Source: a virus
Reading direction: 5' to 3' (one strand)
DNA length: 64,000 bases
IMG/VR virus record: IMGVR_UViG_3300045988_084534
Coordinates: 32,001-96,000 of that record
Part shown: positions 28,784 to 36,457 of the stretch, in pieces
Numbering within the stretch: position 1 is the first letter of the stretch
Layout of the letters: each line of letters begins with the position of its first letter
Notes under the pieces: generated by a model
What the model was told of the DNA's origin: nothing
What the model saw: the letters and a program-made list of their open reading frames with translations, nothing else
The model's database searches: none
Translations under genes and position numbers: made by a program

Positions 28784-28974
28784 CACTGCCTATCTCTTAG
28801 CCCTTGCTCATATCCAGATTCATATGCGGCATCAGCATTCCTAGCATCCTTATTGTGTTTATTGGCAATAAGCTCCAATAGATTACCAGTCGTGCCATCT
28901 TGGGTCATATAGATAGTATCGCCCCATTCATCATCTAGCTCATACCAATCACCGATTCTTCTAAATTTCCACAT
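28783..28974 (-). CDS. hypothetical protein
   Basis: 63-aa ORF at the end of the minus-strand operon. Confidence 0.45.
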   Translation of the reverse strand: MWKFRRIGDWYELDDEWGDTIYMTQDGTTGNLLELIANKHNKDARNADAAYESGYEQGLRDRQ

Positions 28975-28976
28975 TA

Positions 28977-29207
28977 CTAATCATCCTCTTCATCCATTTC
29001 ATCATAGGCTGTCATATATCCTATGTCATATCCCATACCATAATTATCTACACAAATAGTCAATAAATCATACCACATAGCAACTGTATCTTCTGTTGTT
29101 GTCATAGACGTTTCGATAATAGGCTCATCATGTGGGTTGGTCAGGTCAATAAGTTCAATCCATGAGTCATTATCCGTGATATGTAGAGTAGGGATAATCA
29201 TAATCAA
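28977..29207 (-). CDS. hypothetical acidic protein
   Basis: 76 aa. The TTG start overlaps the dUTPase stop (TTGA). An alternative ATG lies at 29201. Confidence 0.45.
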   Translation of the reverse strand: MIMIIPTLHITDNDSWIELIDLTNPHDEPIIETSMTTTEDTVAMWYDLLTICVDNYGMGYDIGYMTAYDEMDEEDD

Positions 29208-29662
29208 GTACCAGTAGAGCCAAAGCCGTTTGAGCCGCGCTCAGTAGAATCTAGCTCATCTACTTCAATGATTTCTATATCATAATAATTTAGTAGAGTA
29301 AATTGGGCGATTCTATCACCTTGACGGACAATTCGTGGCGTATCGCTATCATTATATAGAGGCACTAGCCATTCGCCTGTATACTGCTCATCAATCACGG
29401 CTACACAGTTAGCTGGTCTTAGCCCCTGTTTAGTAGCAAGCCCAGAGCGGGCAAATACAGCCGCCCAATAGCCATGAGGGATATTAGTGGCAAATCCGGC
29501 TGGGATTTTTACTGTACTATGAGGCTCAATGACCACTGTATCAAAATACATAGATTGAACATCGGCATAAATATCGAAGCAAGCATCTGTGGGATGACTT
29601 TTTTGTGGTAGTTTGGCGGTATTTGATAGTCGCTTAATTTTTAATTCAAGCATTGGCATCAT
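29204..29662 (-). CDS. dut: dUTP diphosphatase (trimeric dUTPase)
   Basis: All five dUTPase motifs are present: 'ACFDIYA', 'ARSGLA', 'AVIDEQYTGEW', 'GDRIAQ' and 'RGSNGFGSTG'. Confidence 0.9.
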   Translation of the reverse strand: MMPMLELKIKRLSNTAKLPQKSHPTDACFDIYADVQSMYFDTVVIEPHSTVKIPAGFATNIPHGYWAAVFARSGLATKQGLRPANCVAVIDEQYTGEWLVPLYNDSDTPRIVRQGDRIAQFTLLNYYDIEIIEVDELDSTERGSNGFGSTGT

Positions 29663-30263
29663 ATCCTCTCTGTGTCAATTCCATGAACATTGGTAATTTT
29701 TCAATTGCATCACATAGACAAGCCCAGTCAGGTAGGGCATGATTGCGGCGCTGTTGATAAATTGTCTTGAGTTGTCTATAATTAGTGGTCATTGCAGCTG
29801 TAAGCTCAAAACCGCTGGGAATATTATATAGCATTTCAAGCCGCGCCTCTTTAATCATATCATCAAAGACAGAAATGCCCATTTTCTTTAGTTTAACAAG
29901 TCGATTATATTCAGCAATCTTTTCATTTAGAATATCAATAGCTCTAGGGTCTACATAGCGATTACACTGCATTCTTGGGTTCATATTTTGAAGTTTGTGC
30001 ATTGTAGAGCATGAAGATACAAAATCTAACCAGTGGTAGCGCTCAAATTCGACCCATGCTTTCTCGCTAATTGTTAGGTCAAACTGGACAATAATACCAG
30101 TCAAGAATTGGTCATGTCCAGTACCAGTAGGGCAAGTAGAGCAAGCCTTAATGCCATCTGTGAGGTCGGCGGTCAAGCCGTCAAGCTCAACCGCCTTTGG
30201 ATACTTAGCCGCCCTAATCGCCTCATCTAGTCCATATACACGAACATTAGATACATTAGGCAA
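29646..30263 (-). CDS. ThyX-like (flavin-dependent thymidylate synthase fold) protein with degenerate RHR motif
   Basis: 205 aa. 'GHDQFLTGIIVQFDLTISEKAWVEFERYHWLDFVSSCSTMH' aligns by eye to the ThyX 'GH.S.lEH..ftF.i.giSR....qlvRHR..S...qSqRY' block, but RHR becomes RYH and the Ser/Arg are not conserved. 'NYRQLKTIYQQRRNHALPDW' resembles the 'N.R.l.hf...R' block. Confidence 0.4.
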   Translation of the reverse strand: MPNVSNVRVYGLDEAIRAAKYPKAVELDGLTADLTDGIKACSTCPTGTGHDQFLTGIIVQFDLTISEKAWVEFERYHWLDFVSSCSTMHKLQNMNPRMQCNRYVDPRAIDILNEKIAEYNRLVKLKKMGISVFDDMIKEARLEMLYNIPSGFELTAAMTTNYRQLKTIYQQRRNHALPDWACLCDAIEKLPMFMELTQRGYDANA

Positions 30264-30539
30264 TTAGTAGTCCTCCTCCTCCATGATTTCATCGGTCACA
30301 TCCACTACTTCAACATCGACAAGTGTCAGATTTGACCCATCTTCAATCATATCGTATGTAACACGCACTACCTCACAGCACATCTCTGGCATATCAGTGT
30401 CGTCATGTTCATTGGTCGGTAGCCACACATATTCGCCAACACGCGGAATAATCATACGGGCGGCATGGGTGTATTCAAATGTATGCTCAGGACGGCACTC
30501 CACTGAGCCGTCAACAAAATATCTTAGCTTAAATGTCAT
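30264..30539 (-). CDS. hypothetical protein ('VWLP' paralogue 1)
   Basis: The ATG at 30539 is 8 nt after GGGAGGA. The ORF-track start at 30590 would overlap the upstream gene. Contains 'GEYVWLPTNEHDD'. Confidence 0.5.
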   Translation of the reverse strand: MTFKLRYFVDGSVECRPEHTFEYTHAARMIIPRVGEYVWLPTNEHDDTDMPEMCCEVVRVTYDMIEDGSNLTLVDVEVVDVTDEIMEEEDY

Positions 30540-30543
30540 ATTT

Positions 30544-30768
30544 TTAATCCTCCCAATTATATGGCTTGCAGAAATAGCTAATCTCATCACCTGAGATATA
30601 TTTCTGCATAATCACATACATCTCTCTATCTTCATCTTTGCCATCTAGTGGTAGCCACACTAGGTCGCCTTTGCACGGTTCTGACATAAAGTCAAATTCA
30701 TCACATGAGCAAATCCAGTCCTCATTGCCTGGCTTACCTAGATAAAAATTGATACGATTTTCTGTCAT
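30544..30768 (-). CDS. hypothetical protein ('VWLP' paralogue 2)
   Basis: 74 aa. Contains 'GDLVWLPLDGKDED'. Confidence 0.5.
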   Translation of the reverse strand: MTENRINFYLGKPGNEDWICSCDEFDFMSEPCKGDLVWLPLDGKDEDREMYVIMQKYISGDEISYFCKPYNWED

Positions 30769-30784
30769 TTTAGTTTACCTTCCC

Positions 30785-33309
30785 TTATTCACATTTTGTC
30801 CAGCCACATGACTTACAAATTTTGCAACCGCCCTCAAACATAACGGGTTCACCGCATTCAGGGCATACCTCTGTTGAAATTGTGGCTAGTGCATTGCTCA
30901 ACTTTTTAATGCTGTCTGTTGCTTTATTAGTAGCCTCTCTTAGATTCTTAGTCACATTAACCACATCATCCTCTTTATCATCTAGTTCACTCTGCATCTC
31001 ATTATACATATCTACTAGAGCATTACCAATAGCCATAGGACAACAAGACCCCTTACTGGTATCATGGTGAGTTGCCTTGCGAGTAGCATAAGATGGGCAT
31101 ACACCAGTTGAATCAAGCTGGTCTTTGATGGTCATAATATCCACACCAGCGCGGCATAGTAGACTGACCATGCGGCTTAGACCTGTCATGAAATTTGCAC
31201 AATTTCCAGTAATAAAGATTTTACCATTACGACGCAACACAAGCAAACCGCTTGGAACTGTAAAACAATAAGATTTGCCGTCGATTGGTTTATAATCTTC
31301 AATAGTTGCAGTTGATAAGCCATGTACGTTTTGGGTTGTCCAACGCACTCTATAACTATCTTGAATATTTTGTGTTCCGTTGTTCAATGAAATTGTAGCT
31401 CTAAAACCAAGCCTTGTCAATGCAAACTGGATAAAATCAGCTTCGTGCTTTTTTGACGTATAATAAGAACCAAGTCGGTTTCCTTCGCCAACAGAGCCAT
31501 CCCAATATACACACTCATCCACAATACATTTTAATTGCTCATCATTACAAGCATACCATTTTGGTGTAAATTGCTTGTCAATAAACCATTGTTTAACACT
31601 TGGAATTGGATGAATATAAAACACGGTATATTCGGTATTGTTGATGTTTTTTTCAGTCCATCCAATATCACAATTTGTTAGTAGTTGACGAATACGAATT
31701 TTCTTTCTATCTTTTTTTACGTTAATAACAATTTTATTTCCATCAAATGTACCATCCGCATAAATTGCAACAAGTAGTCTAATTATCTCATTACTAAGCG
31801 GAATACCATTTGTATTCATAGAGAAGGTGGTTGGAATATGACGATTTTTAGAACCAGCCATGAAATCTTTTACAGTAATAATTTCATGGGTTAATTTGCT
31901 TCTAATTCCAGACATATATTTTGCATAATTTTTATACAAATACATTCTATGATCTTCTGAAAGAACCATATCCAATCCAGTTGTATTGTGGAAATATTTC
32001 ATATTCTCAACATTGTCATTAACAACGTAAGAAATTGGATAGGTTAAAGAAGCCGTTCCATCTTCATTGTACTGCAACACTTGTTCATACTCATCCATAT
32101 TATATTCGCTAATTTTTTTCCACTCGATACCATTAAAATATTCAGTATCTTTGTCTACGCATCCACCAGTCGAGCCTTTATTGAAATATACCTCTTGTAG
32201 ATTGCCGTCAATGGGGTCAAAGAATGCTAGAACATGAAGTGAGCCGCATCCTGTCTGGATTTTGCGCTTTTTGCCAATCAGGTCATTGCTTGGTTCAATG
32301 ATTGAGCCGCGAGGTAGAATGGGGGATGTGGATTCAGGCTTGGTTTCATTATCTTTCTTATTGTCAGTAAGCAAGATTCCCTGACGGATTGCATTAGGTC
32401 TAAAGATTGTACATCCCTTAATGCCTAGCTTCCAGCACTGCATATAGATGTCCTTGACTTCATCAAACGATGCTTCAGTAGGCACATTGATTGTCTTGCT
32501 AACGCTCATGTCGGTATATTTGCTGATAATAGCAAGCATAGCTACATGGTCATCGACAGACATATTAAGCGCAGTTGGGAAAATATCATGCTCGTCAAAA
32601 TCAAGTTGCTCACCCTTATCCTTTAGCTTATGATAGAGATAATAAGCATAATCCATCATCTTGACGATTTTTACGTCCTTATCGTCCTGACCCCCAATTT
32701 TTACCTTGCGGTCATAGCTAAGAGAGAAGATTGGCTCAATGCCACTAGAGCAGTTGTTACCAAATACCATAGAGATCGTGCCGCACGGTGCAACCGCTTG
32801 AATCTTGGCGTTACGAATACCATATTCAGCCATCTCGGCAATGACATCATGTTCTAGCACAGATTTGACATATGTGTTATCTGCGTGTTTATCTGGCTCA
32901 CATAGAGGGAAACAGCCCTTTTCTTTAGCAAGCTGAACTGACGCATAATATTCTGCATTAGTAATCATCTGCATTAGAGATTCAACATAATCTCTTGCTT
33001 CCTGACTATCATACTTCATGCCAAGCATAGCCAGCATATCTGCTAAACCAGTAATGCCAATACCAATGGTGCGCATACTCTTCTGATAATTTTCGTAAAT
33101 CTTGTCAGGGAATTTATTTACATCAATAATATCATCAAGCATACGGACTGCAATAGAGATTGTATTTCTTAGAGCATCAGTATCAAGATGTGCTTGCTTG
33201 GTAAATGGATTCTTTACAAAATTGTGTAGGAACAATGAGCCAAGATTACAAGCACCGCCATATTGCGATGGGTCTGTTGCATTGATTGTTCCTGCTAGAT
33301 ATTCAGCGC
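30785..33309 (-). CDS. nrdJ: class II (B12-dependent) ribonucleotide reductase, exon 2 (contains an intein)
   Basis: Begins (C)AEYLAGTINATDPSQYGGACNLGSLFLHNF. Contains 'MRTIGIGITGLADML' and 'GCTIFR'. C-terminal zinc ribbon 'CPECGEPVMFEGGCKICKSCGW'. An upstream in-frame TGA at 33310-33312 shows the ORF cannot simply continue. Confidence 0.8.
31202..32161 (-). mobile_element. LAGLIDADG intein (320 aa) within nrdJ
   Basis: The extein context 'FNKGSTGG|C...ITGN|CANFMTGLSRMVSLL' restores the conserved RNR 'GGCANF' block. The intein has an N-terminal Cys, block B 'LSEDHR', two LAGLIDADG motifs ('LLVAIYADGTF', 'VYWDGSVGEG') and a C-terminal 'GN' followed by +1 Cys. Confidence 0.8.
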
Positions 33310-33479
33310 CTCACACAATGCGTATCAAATACAGTTCGCATCGTGCGCTAGACTATCGCATCCCCTTGGGGTCTCCTCGCTTAGTCGTTCAGGCTGGCAT
33401 TACCCTTGCCCCCTGTAGCTGTGTATTCAGCGTCCAAGTCAATCAGAGGAGATTTTACATCCGCACGTTTATATGGCTA
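33310..33479 (-). mobile_element. compact ORF-less group I intron in nrdJ
   Basis: 170 nt. 5' exon ..CCGU, intron UAGCC...GUGUGAG, 3' exon GCGCUG. P1 is CCGU/GCGG. P3 is UCUCCUC/GAGGAGA. P7 is GACUA/UAGUC, flanking the P8 hairpin CCCC-AA-GGGG. P9 is AUGCG/CGCAU. Splicing recreates 'CSNP-C-AEY'. Confidence 0.75.
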
Positions 33480-34302
33480 ACGGATTACTACAAACAATTC
33501 TTTCTACATACCATGCAGGATTGCGATTATTGGCATTATCCTCATAGAATACGCCCGGTTCACCATTATCATATGCCATCTGCATGATTTCGTTCCAAAT
33601 ATCACGAGCTGGCACTAGCTTGGTAAATTGCTTATCCCACTTATCTGGCGGCAGTTTATTGCCCTTCTCGTCATAGATAGGCCAATGTAGTTTAACTTGA
33701 CCATTCTCAATGACAAGATTCATAAAAGCATCATCTACAACAACAGATAGGTTGAAATGATTTAGCCGTCCTTCTGTAGCTGATTTAGCATGAATAAATT
33801 CAAGAATGTCAGGATGATATACACTGAGCATACCCATGTTTGCACCGCGCCTTGAACCTTGCTGCACAGTAGCCGTCTGAGCATTAAATACATCCATGAA
33901 ACTAACTGGACCAGATGCAATAGCATCATTACGGGTTCTATAACCATTAGGCGCTAGATTGCTAAAAGCATAACCAATTCCGCCACCAGCTTTATGTGTC
34001 ATAGCGCCTAGCTTAACCGCATTAAAAATCTGCTCCATGCTATTACCAATAATAGGTGCTACAAAGCAGTTATTGAGAGTTAGCTTTTCGCCAATACCGG
34101 CATTGCTCATGGTGCGTCCAGCAGGGAAGAAATAGCCTTCTTTCATAATACTGAAGAATCTATCTGCCCATTTAGGCGCGTTCCAATTTCCTTCGGCGGA
34201 TGCTACAAAATCAGCTACACGCCATAGCTGGTTATCATATGACTCACCGTCCTTTTGGTATCTATCTTTCCAGATAGATTCATATACCTCATTTACAAAC
34301 AA
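33480..34302 (-). CDS. nrdJ: class II ribonucleotide reductase, exon 1
   Basis: TTG start 8 nt after GGAGG. Contains 'NNCFVAPI', 'GGGIGYAFSNL' and 'SRRGANMGML', and ends '...ERIVCSNP' plus the first base of the Cys codon. Read-through gives a stop after 3 codons. Confidence 0.8.
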
Positions 34303-34317
34303 TAAATCATCCTCCTT

Positions 34318-34500
34318 TTAATTCTCCTTAACATGAATAACAATATTTGACTTATTGGTATCCATATCAATTACTGTATTAATATGGTCAATATCATATA
34401 GCTGATTTCCAATGTGGATGCGAACTCGACTATCCATATCACATCCATCTAGCATAGCGGCATACTCCATTATATATCTAATAATATCCGTTGCCAGCAT
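34318..34500 (-). CDS. hypothetical protein
   Basis: 60 aa. AAGGAGG RBS, with the promoter at 34524-34552 upstream. Confidence 0.5.
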   Translation of the reverse strand: MLATDIIRYIMEYAAMLDGCDMDSRVRIHIGNQLYDIDHINTVIDMDTNKSNIVIHVKEN

Positions 34501-34523
34501 ATATAATTACCTCCTTGTCATAT

Positions 34524-34552
34524 ATATTATCACGATTCAGTTGATTTGTCAA
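34524..34552 (-). promoter_or_regulatory. sigmaA-type promoter
   Basis: Minus strand: TTGACA-17 nt-(TGa)TAATAT. Confidence 0.55.
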
Positions 34553-34727
34553 GAGGCTTTTTTAAGCCTTCGACATAGTGATAAATAGAATTGGCACAAT
34601 CTGAGCATACGTCCTCAACAACTTTAAAATATTCAGCTTTTACGCAATCATTGTCAATGCTAACAGAATATCTGTCTTTAATGCTTATAATCTCTTTACC
34701 ACATAAATCACATAGCCATTTGGTCAT
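34530..34727 (-). CDS. zinc-ribbon protein
   Basis: 65 aa, with 'CDLCGKE...CSDCAN'. Confidence 0.5.
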   Translation of the reverse strand: MTKWLCDLCGKEIISIKDRYSVSIDNDCVKAEYFKVVEDVCSDCANSIYHYVEGLKKPLDKSTES

Positions 34728-34921
34728 TCTTCATTCTCCTTGTCAAGCAATTTCTTTAATTTCTTTAGACATTCTGGACAGAGCCAAAATTCAGCTTTAC
34801 TATAATATGAACCAGTATATCCAAGCTCATTTGTGCCGCATACTGAGCATATTCTGGTTGGCTTCTTAATTGTAGCTCTTGACTCATAGTCTTTTTCAAT
34901 AAAGCCCCAAGCGGTATTCAT
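34724..34921 (-). CDS. zinc-ribbon protein
   Basis: 65 aa, with 'CSVCGTN...CPECLKK'. Confidence 0.5.
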   Translation of the reverse strand: MNTAWGFIEKDYESRATIKKPTRICSVCGTNELGYTGSYYSKAEFWLCPECLKKLKKLLDKENEE

Positions 34922-34933
34922 CTCACATTCTCC

Positions 34934-35323
34934 TTATCTATCAGTTTGTCTATGAGCTTCAATGTGCTCATCATAATCACTCCTAAATTTATTTACAGTA
35001 TCAACAAGCTCATTGATTTTACTAATTAAGTCCTCAACCTGAACACCCCATTGCGGCTTAGTCAATTTTTCAATCTTCTTCTTTTCTTGCTTAGTGAAAT
35101 ACCCGAATGTATATTTACCAATTCTGCTAAAATGGCGAGGAATGTTAGAACACACAAAATCGAAAGTCATTGTTACTTCTTTCCCGTCTTTCTTGACAAT
35201 CCCTTTCAAAATCAAAGCGTGTTCGTGACAAACCTCTCTCCAATAGATTTTCCAGTAGTCTACATATCCAATCCATCCATCCAACGTTTCAACATAATCC
35301 CCTACATGAAATTCATAGTTCAT
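34934..35323 (-). CDS. hypothetical protein
   Basis: 129-aa ORF in operon context. Confidence 0.5.
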   Translation of the reverse strand: MNYEFHVGDYVETLDGWIGYVDYWKIYWREVCHEHALILKGIVKKDGKEVTMTFDFVCSNIPRHFSRIGKYTFGYFTKQEKKKIEKLTKPQWGVQVEDLISKINELVDTVNKFRSDYDEHIEAHRQTDR

Positions 35324-35644
35324 TTAATCAACATCCTCATCTTCACATCTTTCACCAAGACCACCTAAAATCATAGCATAAATTTCTAAGAATTTATTGG
35401 TAATACCAGTAGTAATCTTAGCCATATTAGCCATTGTTCCATCATCCTTTGACCAATCCCAGCCATGCCATGCACATTCACTCTGCCAATAGTCAAGATA
35501 GAAAATCCTGTCATCATAGAGCTTTTCGATAATTGGCTTTAGATCAAGTAGATTATCGTGCACACCTGTCATAGTAACAGGCTTGTAACCATTATCGTTA
35601 ATCATCTTGTTAATTTTATCAGCAGAATAAGTAAACGGGTTCAT
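35324..35644 (-). CDS. hypothetical protein
   Basis: 106-aa ORF abutting its neighbours. Confidence 0.5.
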   Translation of the reverse strand: MNPFTYSADKINKMINDNGYKPVTMTGVHDNLLDLKPIIEKLYDDRIFYLDYWQSECAWHGWDWSKDDGTMANMAKITTGITNKFLEIYAMILGGLGERCEDEDVD

Positions 35645-36457
35645 TTAATCATCATCTCCTTTAGACCATCTGTTGTTATATTTAGTAATTTGATAATTTA
35701 CTTGATTTTCAATATTTTTATTTTCGCAATCAATATCTTCTGGATAATTTAAGTAGGCAAATTCCCCATGCTCGTGATATGCAGCAATATCGTAGGCGTG
35801 TGCAGCTTCCTCTGGCGTTTCCCATCTACCAAGATAAACATTTTTCCCTTTTATCCTACAAAATGCAGAATACTTTTCGTCTGTTTTAGATACTCCCTTT
35901 AAGCCGATTTTATTTCTTTTATTTGGAGCAATATTTATATTGTTTTGTCGCGGAGTGCATTTCCTCATATTTTCTCTGCGATTATCGCCTTTATTTAGAT
36001 TTCTATGATCGTAATACGCCCCAAATAAAAACCTATGTAATCGCATACGCATTCGTTTGCCATCCGACAAATACCAATATCCAGAATCTTTTTCTTTTCC
36101 AATATGTGCAAATTTTAATCTATCAAGATTATCCGCATCAACAATAGTGTAATCGGACATATCATCGAGATAAATTTTTACATAATCTCCTTCTATTTCA
36201 TAATGATTAAAAGGTTTCTTTCTTGCTTTAGAAATATATTCGCTTCTGGCGCATCCGCATGATTTGCAACTTCCACTTCTTAATAATGCAAGCGTAAGAG
36301 TCCTAATTGTTTTATTTTCGCAATCGCATTGACAAATAACTCTGCGTTGGTAGCATTTCTTATTCCTTGTTTTAGAAAAATATTCTTTTGGCTCTGTTTC
36401 GTCTATGACTGTCCAGTGTGAATATTTATTGCCTATGACATCAAGTTTTTCAGCCAA
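35645..36457 (-). CDS. free-standing HNH homing endonuclease with AP2-type DNA-binding domain
   Basis: 270 aa. TTG start after AAGGAGA. 'MRLHRFLFGAYYDHRNLNKGDNRRENMRKCTPRQNN' is HNH-like. 'GLKGVSKTDEKYSAFCRIKGKNVYLGRWETPEEAAHAYDIAAYHEHGEFAYLNYP' is a typical AP2 domain. It overlaps the helicase 3' end by 25 nt. Confidence 0.7.
   Translation of the reverse strand: MAEKLDVIGNKYSHWTVIDETEPKEYFSKTRNKKCYQRRVICQCDCENKTIRTLTLALLRSGSCKSCGCARSEYISKARKKPFNHYEIEGDYVKIYLDDMSDYTIVDADNLDRLKFAHIGKEKDSGYWYLSDGKRMRMRLHRFLFGAYYDHRNLNKGDNRRENMRKCTPRQNNINIAPNKRNKIGLKGVSKTDEKYSAFCRIKGKNVYLGRWETPEEAAHAYDIAAYHEHGEFAYLNYPEDIDCENKNIENQVNYQITKYNNRWSKGDDD

Noticed and set aside
33102-33587. 161-aa + strand ORF spanning the nrdJ intron region. 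It could have been an intron-encoded endonuclease.
   Set aside because: It lies on the opposite strand, overlaps both nrdJ exons, has no nuclease motif and has a low-complexity sequence. The intron itself is only 170 nt and folds without an ORF.
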